Assembly: GCA_964579295.1 (NCBI GenBank)
Contig: CAZOGK010000008.1
Span: forward strand, 4,974 to 68,973
Source of the DNA: an uncultured Ardenticatenaceae bacterium
GTDB lineage: Bacteria > Chloroflexota > Anaerolineae > Promineifilales > Promineifilaceae
DNA: 64,000 nt
Direction: 5' to 3'
Below, piece after piece: positions 1 to 8,675 of this stretch. Each line of letters starts with the position of its first letter. Position 1 is the stretch's first letter. The position numbers were made by a program, and so were the translations under genes. A model generated the notes under the pieces. It saw only the letters and a program-made list of their open reading frames with translations. It was not told the DNA's origin and searched no databases.

Positions 1-779
1 CGCTGGCGGCGCTCATCTACAGCCTGAGCGCGCTCATTGGCGTCGCCGCGTTTGCCTACCCGTTCATCCTGGTCTCCTTTCCCGGCGCCAGCGAGGAGGG
101 CATGCGCGCCGCGCCGCTGCTGACGACGACCCTGCTCGGCCTCTGCCTGCTGGCCCTGTTCATCGAGCTGCAGGGCGAGGCCGTGAGCGCCAAGGTCGTC
201 GCGGCGCTGGGGATGCTCGTGGCCCTGGCGTCCGTCCTGCGCTTTGTGGAGACTGCGATTCCAGGACCCGGCGGCTTCTCGCCCATCTTCGTGCCCATCA
301 TCCTCGGCGGCTACGTCTTCGGCAGCCGCTTCGGCTTCCTCATGGGGGCTATGACGCTGCTCGTCTCCGCCCTGCTGACCGGCGGCGTCGGGCCGTGGCT
401 GCCCTACCAGATTTTTGTCTCGGCCTGGGTTGGCTTCACGGCGGGCTGGCTGCCCCATCTGCGCCGGCCGCGCCTGGAGCTGGCATTGCTTACGTCTTTT
501 GGCGTCCTCTGGGGACTCCTCTACGGCGTGCTGACCAACCTCTACTTCTGGCCCTTCTTTGCTGGCGAGGCCGCGCTGCGCTACCAGCCGGGGGAAGGTC
601 TGCGCGTCGCCCTCGCCCACTACACGGCCTTTTACCTGGCCAGCTCCCTCTGGTGGGACCTGCTGCGCGGCGCCGGCACGGCATTCCTGCTGCTCGTCCT
701 GGGACAGCCAGCCATCCGCGCCCTGGCCCGTTTCCGCGACCGCTACCAGTTTACCGTCGTGGAGGCAGGCCGTGGCTAA
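1..779 (+). CDS. ECF transporter S (substrate-capture) component, 5' partial
   Basis: Frame 3 is open from nt 3 with helix-like residues (LAALIYSLSALIGVAAFAYPFILV) before the first ATG at 102, so the gene probably starts upstream of the window. The protein is polytopic and hydrophobic, and it is first in an S-T-A1A2 module. Confidence 0.6.
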   Translation, partial: LAALIYSLSALIGVAAFAYPFILVSFPGASEEGMRAAPLLTTTLLGLCLLALFIELQGEAVSAKVVAALGMLVALASVLRFVETAIPGPGGFSPIFVPIILGGYVFGSRFGFLMGAMTLLVSALLTGGVGPWLPYQIFVSAWVGFTAGWLPHLRRPRLELALLTSFGVLWGLLYGVLTNLYFWPFFAGEAALRYQPGEGLRVALAHYTAFYLASSLWWDLLRGAGTAFLLLVLGQPAIRALARFRDRYQFTVVEAGRG

Positions 780-1779
780 CGGCGGCAATGCCCGCGCCTG
801 GCTTGTCTGGACAGCCGCCGCGGCAATACTGGCCCTGGTGACGCGCAATCCTCTCTATGCCCTGCTGCTGATCCTGGCGGCGCGGCTGGTCGAGGCTGCC
901 TGCGGCCGCCGCGAGCCGGCGCTCGAGCTGCCCTGGCGGCGCATCGCCGTCGCCGTGCTGCTCTTCTCGACCCTGTTCAACGCCCTGCTGGTGCACACGG
1001 GCGAGACGATCCTATTCCGGCTGCCGCGCGCTTTGCCCGTCGTCGGTGGCCCCATTACCCTGGAGGCAGCCGTCTACGGGCTGACGACCGGTCTCGTCCT
1101 GCTGGCGCTGCTCTTCGTCTTCCTGGCCTTTAACCGCATCGTCCCTGTGAGCGAGCTGGTGCGCCTCGTGCCGCGCGCCTTCCACGACCTCGGCGTCGTG
1201 CTCCTGATCGCGGTGACCTACGTGCCGGAGACCGCGCGGCGGCTGGAGCATGTGCGCGAAGCACAGGCCATTCGCGGCCACCGCGTGCGCGGCCTGCGTG
1301 ATTGGCGCCCGCTCCTCGTTCCGCTGCTCGTCGGCGGCATGGAACGCGCGATGGGGTTGGCCGAAGCGATGGTCGCGCGCGGCTATGGCTCCGCCGCGCC
1401 ACGCGCCCATCAGCCGGCTGTCCTGGCCGGCGTGGCGCTCGGCCTGCTGCTGCTCCTCGGCGGCTGGCTCTACACCATTTGGGAGGGAACTCTGGGCTGG
1501 CTTTTCTTCATCGCCGGGGCGCTCCTCTTGCTGGCCCTCGTCTGGCGGCGCGGCCGCGCCGTGCAGCACACCCAATATCGCCAGCAGCCCTGGCGGCGCC
1601 AGGATAGCCTGCTCGTCGCCGTTTCGCTCGTCGTGCTCATCGCCGGCCTGTGGCAGCAGGAGGCAATCGCCGGCTACTCGCCTTATCCGCGCGTGCAGCT
1701 TCCGCCCTTCGCGCCCGGTGCCGGCGCCCTTTTCCTGCTGCTGGCGCTGCCGGCCCTGCTCTGCCGGAGGCCAGCATGA
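772..1779 (+). CDS. ecfT: ECF transporter transmembrane (T) component, CbiQ/EcfT family
   Basis: GTG at 772 overlaps the upstream stop (GTGGCTAA). It is a polytopic membrane protein with Arg-rich coupling-helix-like segments (ARRLEHVREAQAIRGHR, MERAMGLAEAMVARGY). The ORF-track start at 559 lies inside the upstream gene and is rejected. Confidence 0.7.
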   Translation: MANGGNARAWLVWTAAAAILALVTRNPLYALLLILAARLVEAACGRREPALELPWRRIAVAVLLFSTLFNALLVHTGETILFRLPRALPVVGGPITLEAAVYGLTTGLVLLALLFVFLAFNRIVPVSELVRLVPRAFHDLGVVLLIAVTYVPETARRLEHVREAQAIRGHRVRGLRDWRPLLVPLLVGGMERAMGLAEAMVARGYGSAAPRAHQPAVLAGVALGLLLLLGGWLYTIWEGTLGWLFFIAGALLLLALVWRRGRAVQHTQYRQQPWRRQDSLLVAVSLVVLIAGLWQQEAIAGYSPYPRVQLPPFAPGAGALFLLLALPALLCRRPA

Positions 1780-3449
1780 TTGAAGTCAGCCGGCTCACGT
1801 ACACGTTTCCCGGCCGCACGGAGCCGGCGCTGCGCGATATTTCGCTGCGCATTGAGCCGGGCGAATTTGTGCTGCTGACCGGCCCCTCGGCCGCCGGCAA
1901 ATCGACCCTGCTGCGTGCACTGAGCGGACTGGCGCCCCACTTTAGCGGTGGCCAGATTGCCGGGCGCATTCGCGTCGGCGGCCTGGACCCGGTGCGCCAG
2001 GGCCCGCGCCCGCTCAGCCAGGTCATCGGCCTGGTCTTCCAGGACCCGGAAGCCCAGGCTGTGGTCGAAGAAGTGGAAGCCGAGATCGCCTTTGGGCTGG
2101 AGAACGCTGCCATTCCCGCCGCCGAGATGCGGCTGCGCGTGGAAGAAGTGCTGAATCTCCTCGACCTGGAGCCGCTGCGTCACCGCCCCCTGCGCACCCT
2201 CTCCGGCGGCGAGCGGCAGCGCACGGCCATTGCCGCCGCGCTAGCCCTGCGGCCCCAGCTGCTCGCTCTCGACGAGCCGACCAGCCAGCTCGACCCAAAG
2301 TCGGCCGAGGATGTGCTCAGTGCCCTGGCCCGCCTCAACGAAGAGCTGGGCCTGACCATCATCCTCGCCGAACATCGCCTGGAGCGGCTGCTGCGCTACC
2401 CTGACCGGATTATCGCCCTGGCCGAGGGCCGCGTAGCCCTGGACGCTCCGTTCGGCGAGGCCCTGGCGGCCCTGCCCGATCCGCCGCCGCTGCTGCGGCT
2501 GGCCAGAGCCCGCGGCTGGGCGCCGCTGCCGCGTACGACGAAAGAGGCGCGCCGCTTTGCCGCCCGCGAAATGAAGGAGGGCGCCGCCCGGCGCCCTGAT
2601 CCGGCTCGCCCGGCGCCACAATCGCCCCTGCTGCAGGTCGAAGATCTGCATTTTTCCTACCCGGGCGCGCCGGTTCTGCGTGGGGTTCAGTTGGAGGTCC
2701 ACCAGGGTGAAATCGTGGCGCTGCTGGGGCGTAACGGCAGCGGCAAGACGACATTGCTGCGTCTGGTCATGGGACTGCTCAGGGCAGACCAGGGCCAGAT
2801 CCGCGTCGCCGGCGAGGCGATCAACGGCCGCGATGCGGCCAGCATCAGCCGCCAGGCGGCCTACCTGCCGCAGAATCCTGACGACCTGCTCTTTGCCGAG
2901 AGCGTCGCCGCCGAGCTGGCGATTACGTTGCGGAACCACGGCCGAGCGGCCGGCCAGCCAGGAATCGCCGCCTTTCTGCAGCGGCTCGGCCTCGATCGCG
3001 TGAGCCAGGTCTATCCGCGCGACCTGGCGGTGGGTCAGCGGCAGCGCGTTGCGCTGGGAGCGGTGACCGTTACGCGGCCGCCGCTGCTGCTGCTGGACGA
3101 GCCGACGCGCGGGCTTGACTACGCCGCCAAGCGACAGCTTGTCCGGCTCTGGCAGGAATGGCGCGCCGAGGGGAGGGGGCTGTTACTGGTGACCCACGAC
3201 GTGGAGCTGGTCGCCGAGGTCGCCGACCGCGTGCTGGTCCTCGGCGACGGCGAGATTATCGCCGCCGGCGCGCCGCAGCAGGTGCTGCCCGGCTCGCCGC
3301 TCTTCGCCCCACAGATTGCCCGCCTGTTCCCGGAACAGGGCTGGTTGACAGTCGCCGATGCCCTGGCCGGGTTAGCGCCGCGCCCCAATGGCACGGCCGG
3401 AGGAAAAGATGCCACGACTAACGAAGATTTACACACGCAAAGGGGATGA
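1776..3449 (+). CDS. ecfA: Fused double ABC ATPase of an ECF transporter (EcfA1-EcfA2 / YkoD-like)
   Basis: ATG 1776 overlaps the ecfT stop (ATGA). Two cassettes are present: Walker A GPSAAGKS and GRNGSGKT, signatures LSGGERQR and degenerate LAVGQRQR, Walker B LLALDEPT and LLLLDEPT. Confidence 0.9.
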   Translation: MIEVSRLTYTFPGRTEPALRDISLRIEPGEFVLLTGPSAAGKSTLLRALSGLAPHFSGGQIAGRIRVGGLDPVRQGPRPLSQVIGLVFQDPEAQAVVEEVEAEIAFGLENAAIPAAEMRLRVEEVLNLLDLEPLRHRPLRTLSGGERQRTAIAAALALRPQLLALDEPTSQLDPKSAEDVLSALARLNEELGLTIILAEHRLERLLRYPDRIIALAEGRVALDAPFGEALAALPDPPPLLRLARARGWAPLPRTTKEARRFAAREMKEGAARRPDPARPAPQSPLLQVEDLHFSYPGAPVLRGVQLEVHQGEIVALLGRNGSGKTTLLRLVMGLLRADQGQIRVAGEAINGRDAASISRQAAYLPQNPDDLLFAESVAAELAITLRNHGRAAGQPGIAAFLQRLGLDRVSQVYPRDLAVGQRQRVALGAVTVTRPPLLLLDEPTRGLDYAAKRQLVRLWQEWRAEGRGLLLVTHDVELVAEVADRVLVLGDGEIIAAGAPQQVLPGSPLFAPQIARLFPEQGWLTVADALAGLAPRPNGTAGGKDATTNEDLHTQRG

Positions 3450-3972
3450 GGGCCAGACGTCCCTCAGCGGCGGCCAGCGGGTGCGCAAAGATGCGCTGCG
3501 GGTTTCCGCCTACGGGTTGGTAGACGAGCTGAACTCCGTCCTGGGGATCGCCCTGGCGCATGGCCTCAGCCCGCGGCTGGCAGCTGTGCTGCCCGAGCTG
3601 CAGAACGAGCTGTTTCATCTCGGCTCGGACCTCTCCTTCGTCGAGACCGATAAGGCGAAATTCAGCGTGCCTCAGGTGGAAGCCCGTCACGTGGCCCGCC
3701 TGGAGCGACTCATCGACGAGCTGAATCAGATTGTCGGCCCGCTGCAGAACTTCATCCTGCCCGGGGGGAGCATCGGCGCCGCCCATCTGCATCATGCGCG
3801 CACCGTTTGCCGCCATGCCGAGCGCGCGGTTGTCTCGCTGGCCGCCGAGGAGCCAATCGGCGAGCAGACGCTGCCCTACCTCAACCGCCTCTCCGATGCG
3901 CTGTTCGTGATGGCCCGCTATGAAAACCACGCTAACGGCGTCGCCGAGCCGCTCTGGGACTCACGCGCCTAG
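3409..3972 (+). CDS. pduO: ATP:cob(I)alamin adenosyltransferase, PduO/MMAB type
   Basis: The N-terminus [19 protein letters not shown] is the hallmark of this family. GGAGG lies 5 nt upstream of ATG 3409. The gene overlaps the ecfA 3' end by 41 nt. Confidence 0.9.
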   Translation: MPRLTKIYTRKGDEGQTSLSGGQRVRKDALRVSAYGLVDELNSVLGIALAHGLSPRLAAVLPELQNELFHLGSDLSFVETDKAKFSVPQVEARHVARLERLIDELNQIVGPLQNFILPGGSIGAAHLHHARTVCRHAERAVVSLAAEEPIGEQTLPYLNRLSDALFVMARYENHANGVAEPLWDSRA

Positions 3973-3985
3973 CCTGAAGCAAAAT

Positions 3986-4018
3986 GGGCGGCGCGCGTCG
4001 TGCCTGCCGCCCGCTTTT
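3986..4018 (+). terminator. Intrinsic terminator after the ECF-pduO operon
   Basis: GGGCGGC stem, 13-nt loop, GCCGCCC stem, followed by GCTTTTCG. Confidence 0.6.
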
Positions 4019-4090
4019 CGTGTAAACTGCTCTGCGGCGACGGCTGCCGCCCGGCTGCAGTCGGTGGATTCAACAGGGAATGAGGAAGGG

Positions 4091-4246
4091 ATGTTCGAGA
4101 ACCTGACACTACTGGCTGGTATCATCATCGTCGCTTGGGTAGCGGCATTGGTCTACTTCTTCTATACCTCGCGCCAGCAAACGGAGATACGCCGCGAGCT
4201 GGACGAACTGCGCGAACTGATGGACCGAAAGGAGAAGGAGGGGTAG
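4091..4246 (+). CDS. Small single-pass membrane protein, CcmD-like
   Basis: GAGGAAGGG RBS sits directly upstream of ATG 4091. The 51-aa product has one TM helix followed by a charged coiled tail (MFENLTLLAGIIIVAWVAALVYFFYTSRQQTEIRRELDELRE), as in alternative CcmD-family proteins. The upstream part of ORF 3920 is rejected. Confidence 0.45.
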   Translation: MFENLTLLAGIIIVAWVAALVYFFYTSRQQTEIRRELDELRELMDRKEKEG

Positions 4247-4247
4247 C

Positions 4248-4901
4248 GTGGCTCGGCCATTCCTGCTTTGCGCTATGCTCTGCTTGCTGGCGGCGGCGGT
4301 GGCCTGCCAGGGCGCCGAGGCGGATGCCTGTGACGAGGGCGGCGCCCTCTTCTTTGATGACTTCCGGGCCGACACCGATTGCGGCTGGGTACAGTACAAC
4401 CGCAGCGGCGCCAGCGTCCGCCTCGAAGGGGAGACGCTGCGCCTCGTTTCCAGCCAGCCGGGGCAGATCTGGTGGACGAACGTGGGACGCAACTTTGACG
4501 ATCTCATCCTCACCGCCGACATACAACATATCGACGGGCCGCCGGACAATGCCTACGGGCTCATCTGCCGCTACCAGAGCAGTGAGAACTTCTACGTCTT
4601 CCTGATCAGCAGCGACGGCTACTACGCCATCGGCAAATACCAGAGCGGAACGAGCCAGATTACCTACCTGAACGAGGGCGGGGAATATACCTTCAGTGAG
4701 GCTATCGACCAGGAATCGGGCGCCAATCGGCTGCGCGTCACCTGCATCGGCAGCGAGCTGACACTCTCGGTCAATGGCGTCTTGTTGGCAAGTGTCAGCG
4801 ATCCTACCTTTGTGACCGGGGATATTGGGCTGGCCGTCAGCACCTTCGAGCCCGGCCGTCTGGAGGTTGCCTTCGACAACGTGCGGGCCATTGCTCCATG
4901 A
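4248..4901 (+). CDS. Secreted lipoprotein of unknown function (jelly-roll/LamG-like guess)
   Basis: GTG start. Lipobox-like signal LLAAAVAC. It is a paralogue of the next gene, sharing AYGLICRY..ENFYVFLISSDGYY and a C-terminal VAFDNV motif. Confidence 0.55.
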   Translation: MARPFLLCAMLCLLAAAVACQGAEADACDEGGALFFDDFRADTDCGWVQYNRSGASVRLEGETLRLVSSQPGQIWWTNVGRNFDDLILTADIQHIDGPPDNAYGLICRYQSSENFYVFLISSDGYYAIGKYQSGTSQITYLNEGGEYTFSEAIDQESGANRLRVTCIGSELTLSVNGVLLASVSDPTFVTGDIGLAVSTFEPGRLEVAFDNVRAIAP

Positions 4902-5548
4902 GAAGCTGGCTCCCGGCTGCGGCTCTCTTGCTCGCCCTCGTCGCCTGCCGCCCGCAGCCGCCCAACGAGGCCGGGCTGAGCGCTGACGGCGCCGTCCTCT
5001 ATGCAGACGATTTCACGCCGGAGACGACCGGCAAATGGCAGCTAGAGGGGGATGAGCGCGGGCAAGCGCTGCTGCAGGACGGCCAGCTCGTCGTCGAGGT
5101 CAACGAGCCGAATACGGTGCAGTACGTGACGCTGGCCGAGCAGACGTTCAGCAACTTCGCGCTGGAAGTGGACGCGACTCTGCTCGCCGGCAGCGCCGAC
5201 AGCAGCTATGGCCTGCTCTTTCGCCTGACTGGCCCGGAGCAGTTTTACCGCTTCGACATCACCGGCAGCGGCCTTTTCCTCGTGGAGCGCTATGATGGCG
5301 GTGGCGTCTGGACGCGGCTCAGCGACGACTGGCAGGAGGCCGCCGGCCTGCAGACCGGCGCCGGCGCCGTCAATCGTCTGGGCGTGCTCGCCGTCGCCGG
5401 CACCTTTAGCTTCTACGGTAATGGCGAGCTGCTGCTGCAGGTGGCCGATGGCCGCTACAGTGAGGGCAGCATCGCCCTCGACGCCGGGACCTTCGGACAG
5501 CCGGGCCTTCGCGTCGCCTTCGACAACCTGGTGGTGCGCCGTCCTTAG
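4898..5548 (+). CDS. Secreted lipoprotein, paralogue of 4248-4901
   Basis: ATGA overlap with the upstream gene. Signal ALLLALVAC. Shared motifs are SYGLLFRL..EQFYRFDITGSGLF and RVAFDNLVV. Confidence 0.55.
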   Translation: MRSWLPAAALLLALVACRPQPPNEAGLSADGAVLYADDFTPETTGKWQLEGDERGQALLQDGQLVVEVNEPNTVQYVTLAEQTFSNFALEVDATLLAGSADSSYGLLFRLTGPEQFYRFDITGSGLFLVERYDGGGVWTRLSDDWQEAAGLQTGAGAVNRLGVLAVAGTFSFYGNGELLLQVADGRYSEGSIALDAGTFGQPGLRVAFDNLVVRRP

Positions 5549-5567
5549 CGCCTCCTGACCTACCGCC

Positions 5568-5599
5568 AAAAAAAAGAACCCGGCGTCATGGCCGGGTTC
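5568..5599 (-). terminator. Intrinsic terminator of rpsA (structurally bidirectional)
   Basis: GAACCCGGC stem, 6-nt loop, GCCGGGTTC stem. It is flanked by A8 on the plus strand, which is a U-run for the minus-strand transcript, 17 nt past the rpsA stop. Confidence 0.75.
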
Positions 5600-5615
5600 T
5601 CATCTGGCTGGACGA

Positions 5616-7022
5616 TCAGCCTGCTTGCTCATCCCCTTCATCGCCGGCGGCGACCTCCTCGCTGGCAGCAGACATCTCTACATCCGGCGCCGCCTCATCG
5701 GCGACGGCGACAGCCTCAGCGGGCTCCTCCGATTCGCTCTCGGCCTCGACTGCGGTCGTGGCCAGGTCACTCTCGCCGGCCTCGGCGCCGTTTTCCTGCT
5801 CAAGCGCCATCTCGGGCTGCTCGTCGCTGGCAGGCGCTTCCGCATCTTCTTCACCGGCCGCCTCTTGCGCCGCCGGTTGCCGCTGCATCCAGGCAATCTG
5901 CTCTTCCGGCGTAACGCGGCGCAGGCTCAGGCTCAGCCGCTCCTCAGCCGGTTCCATGTCGATAATACGCACCAACACCAGATCGCTCTCGTGGACCACG
6001 TCGGTAATCTTGGCCGGGCCAAATACGTCGATCTCGCTCACGTGGACCAGGCCAACCACGCCGCTCTGAACCTCGACAAAAGCGCCGAAATCCTCGACGT
6101 TGGTCACGCGGCCTTCGACCAGATCGCCAATATTGTAGCGCTCTTCGACCGTATCCCACGGATTAGGCAGGACCGCTTTGCGGCTCAGGCTGACCCGCTC
6201 GCGCTCCACGTCGACGTCCTGAATTTGCACGTCTATCTCCTCGCCGACGCTCAGCGCTTCGGACGGATGATCCACCCGATGCCAGGCCATTTCTGACACG
6301 TGCAGCAGGCCGCTGACGCCGCCGCCCAGGTCGACAAAGGCGCCATACTTGACGATATTGGCGACCCGTCCGCTGACGACACTACCGACTTCCAGCTCTT
6401 CCAGGGTCCTATGGCGATGCTCCTTGTGGGCCGCCTTGGCAGAAAGGATAAGCCGGCGCCGGTCCTGGTCTACCTCCAGCACCTTGAGCAGCAGCTCTTC
6501 GCCCATTTTGCGCGCCTTGCGCGACTCGGCGGCGGTCTGTCCGCCGCCATAGCGCAAATCGGGCACGTGCGAATTGGGCACGAAGCCCTGTAGCTGGCCG
6601 AACTGGACAATAAGCCCACCCTTGTTGTAGCCGACGACCTCAAGCTCGACTGTCGTCTCCTCATCCATGAGCTGCTCGGCCCGCTCCCAATCTTCCTGCT
6701 CCAATCCCTTGTTGATAGAGACGAGCAGATCCCCATCCCCTTCGGGAGAGGTCAGAATGTAGACGGGAAGCTCCTGGCCGCGCTCCAGGCTGGCGACAAG
6801 CTCCGGCTCCAGGCGCTCCAGGTCGTCGCGCGGCACAATGGCGTCACGCTTGGCGCCGACGTCAAGGAACACCACATCGTCGGCGACGCGGATAATGGTG
6901 CCGCGCACAATACGGCCGCGCTCGGGCATGCTGTATTCATAGTCGTCAAGCATTGCGGCGAAAGAGGCTTTTTCCTCTTCGAGCGAATGCAACTGGTTAT
7001 TCTCGGGAATGTCTGTGGTCAT
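5616..7022 (-). CDS. rpsA: 30S ribosomal protein S1 (four S1 domains plus acidic C-terminal tail)
   Basis: AAGGAGAT RBS precedes ATG 7022 (MTTDIPENN). Four S1 repeats are visible (GRIVRGTIIRV, VVGYNKGGLIVQF, GRVANIVKYGAFVDL, GRVTNVEDFGAFVEV). The ORF-track N-terminal extension to 7127 is rejected. Confidence 0.9.
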   Translation of the reverse strand: MTTDIPENNQLHSLEEEKASFAAMLDDYEYSMPERGRIVRGTIIRVADDVVFLDVGAKRDAIVPRDDLERLEPELVASLERGQELPVYILTSPEGDGDLLVSINKGLEQEDWERAEQLMDEETTVELEVVGYNKGGLIVQFGQLQGFVPNSHVPDLRYGGGQTAAESRKARKMGEELLLKVLEVDQDRRRLILSAKAAHKEHRHRTLEELEVGSVVSGRVANIVKYGAFVDLGGGVSGLLHVSEMAWHRVDHPSEALSVGEEIDVQIQDVDVERERVSLSRKAVLPNPWDTVEERYNIGDLVEGRVTNVEDFGAFVEVQSGVVGLVHVSEIDVFGPAKITDVVHESDLVLVRIIDMEPAEERLSLSLRRVTPEEQIAWMQRQPAAQEAAGEEDAEAPASDEQPEMALEQENGAEAGESDLATTAVEAESESEEPAEAVAVADEAAPDVEMSAASEEVAAGDEGDEQAG

Positions 7023-7110
7023 AATCTCCTTACTCGACAACATCTCTTGTGGTGGACGGCCGCTCGCGCGGGGCGAGCCGGCTGTCCCTGCAGCGCCAGG
7101 CCGTATTCTG

Positions 7111-7302
7111 TTACCCGGCGCGGTCACGGCGGCGCGCCCGGCGCAGCGCCTTCTTCATCTTTAGGCGCTTTAGCTCGCTCTTGGAGATATGCCAGCGCTT
7201 GCGGCGCGCCGAGCTAAGCACCTGGCTTGATACAACCTTCTTGCGGAAGCGCCGCAGAAGCTGTTCCTGGCTTTCACCCTGTCGTAATTCAACCTTTGGC
7301 AA
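7111..7302 (-). CDS. rpsU: 30S ribosomal protein S21
   Basis: Sequence PKVELRQGESQEQLLRRFRKKV...RRKRWHISKSELKR fits S21. AAGGAGG is followed by 8 nt and then TTG at 7302, giving the canonical MPKVEL N-terminus. The exact start is uncertain (track start 7323). Confidence 0.85.
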   Translation of the reverse strand: MPKVELRQGESQEQLLRRFRKKVVSSQVLSSARRKRWHISKSELKRLKMKKALRRARRRDRAG

Positions 7303-7480
7303 CGAATTCACCTCCTTGCTCACTGGTTTCTGCGGGCGGCGGACGATGATGACCGGCAGGCGCGGCCCAGCGGCGAGCCACGGCTGCAGTGGAAACCGGT
7401 CTAAGATGACTGCTTTTTTCGCTGGCCTTTGCGCGGATGGTCGCCTTCGCTGGACTCTCCCCCCGGCGAAGGCGCGCTGG

Positions 7481-7524
7481 CAAAAGGAAACGAAGCAAAC
7501 CCAGGGGACACGGTCCCGGCTGGG
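7481..7524 (-). terminator. Hairpin plus interrupted U-tract inside the rpsU upstream region
   Basis: Minus strand reads CCCAG-CC-GGGAC cgt GTCCC-CTGGG followed by TTTGCTTCGTTTCCTTTTG. Confidence 0.45.
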
Positions 7525-7653
7525 CTCATGAAGGGTTTACTCGATTAGCGGCCTGACAAGAAAAGCTGCCAGTGGTTCCGTCACCTGCCTTGATCTAATT
7601 GTGCCTGGCTACCTGGGCCCCAAGCAGCCAGATACCCATTGTGGGCATATTAG

Positions 7654-7682
7654 AGTATAACAACCGGGTCCACCTTTGTCGA
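7654..7682 (-). promoter_or_regulatory. Sigma-70-like promoter pointing toward rpsU
   Basis: Minus strand reads TCGACA, 17 nt, TATACT, preceded by TGt (extended -10). Predicted transcription start is near 7648. Confidence 0.45.
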
Positions 7683-7693
7683 CCGAGGGGCCG

Positions 7694-8542
7694 ATGCTGA
7701 GCGAAGAACTTAGGGAACGATTAGGCGCGGCTGTGCGCCGGCTCGAGCCGCTGCACGGCGGCTGCATCGGCGAGGTCTACCGGGCCGACCTCGACGATGG
7801 CCGGCGCGTCGTCGTCAAAGTCGCCCACGGGCCGGCCGCGCGGCTGGACGTAGAAGCCTATATGCTGCGCTATCTTGCCGCCAACAGCGAGCTCCCGGTT
7901 CCCCAGGTCACTTGGTCGCAGCCGGAGCTACTGGTCATGAACCACATTGCCGGCGAGAGCCGCTTTGACCGGCGCGCACAGGAGCACGCCGCTGAGCTCC
8001 TGGCGCGCCTGCACCAGAACAGCGCCGCACGCTTTGGTCTGGAGCGCGACACGCTTATCGGCGGCCTGCGTCAGCCGAATCCCTGGACGGCGTCATGGCT
8101 CGACTTCTTTGCCCAACAGCGCCTGGTCTACATGGCGCGCGAAGCTGAGGCGAAGGGTAGGCTGCCGGCCGCCGTGCGCCGCCGCGTTGAGGGGCTGGCC
8201 GCCGTACTGGGTCGCTGGCTGCAGGAGCCGGCGCAGCCCTCGCTGATTCATGGCGATGTCTGGACGACCAACGTGCTGGCCCAGGGCGGGCGCGTCACCG
8301 GCTTTCTCGACCCCGCTATCTACTATGCCGACGCCGAGATTGAGCTGGCCTTTATCACGCTGTTCGGAACTTTTGGCGAGCCCTTTTTCCGCCGTTACCA
8401 GCAGTTACGGCCACTTGCGCCCGGCTTCTTCGAGGAACGGCGCGCGCTCTATAACCTCTATCCACTCCTGGTCCACGCGCGTCTCTTCGGCGGCAGCTAC
8501 GTCAGCTCCGTCGAGCAGACGCTGCAGCAATTCGGATTTTAG
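7694..8542 (+). CDS. Fructosamine/ketosamine-3-kinase family protein
   Basis: Motifs LHGGCIGEVYRA, IHGDVWTTNVL and DPAIYYADAEIELAFITLFG. ATG 7694 has GAGGGG upstream. The track TTG at 7676 is an alternative start. Confidence 0.8.
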   Translation: MLSEELRERLGAAVRRLEPLHGGCIGEVYRADLDDGRRVVVKVAHGPAARLDVEAYMLRYLAANSELPVPQVTWSQPELLVMNHIAGESRFDRRAQEHAAELLARLHQNSAARFGLERDTLIGGLRQPNPWTASWLDFFAQQRLVYMAREAEAKGRLPAAVRRRVEGLAAVLGRWLQEPAQPSLIHGDVWTTNVLAQGGRVTGFLDPAIYYADAEIELAFITLFGTFGEPFFRRYQQLRPLAPGFFEERRALYNLYPLLVHARLFGGSYVSSVEQTLQQFGF

Positions 8543-8675
8543 CCGGGCCGTGCAACCCCGCTAACGGCCTGCAGATAGTGCCCGGCTATACTGCGCATAG
8601 CGTGGTGGCCGGCACTGCTATCAGACTAACGCTAACGTTATCAGAACGGGCCGACCGGCCGACCGATTGGAAAAC

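Noticed and set aside
559-771. N-terminal extensions in the ORF track. Examples are 559 for ecfT, 1650 for ecfA, 3388 for pduO, 3920 for the CcmD-like gene, 7127 for rpsA, 11685, 20361, 23626, 30637, 31688, 34372, 48740, 48701, 50556, 55423 and 63189.
   Set aside because: The extensions overlap upstream genes or intergenic DNA, lack an RBS and have atypical composition. Internal starts with Shine-Dalgarno motifs give canonical N-termini.
7442-7474. The minus-strand GGGGAGAGTCCAGCGAAGGCG is reminiscent of RNase P CR-I (GAGGAAAGUCCGGGC).
   Set aside because: It is only a partial match. The other conserved RNase P regions are absent and the available space is too short.
7560-7620. The minus-strand string AAGGCAGGTGACG..CTGGCAGC resembles the 3' strand of E. 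coli 4.5S/SRP RNA domain IV.
   Set aside because: The obligatory partner strand (GGAAGGAAGCAGC with GNRA loop) is absent upstream, so no SRP helix 8 can form.
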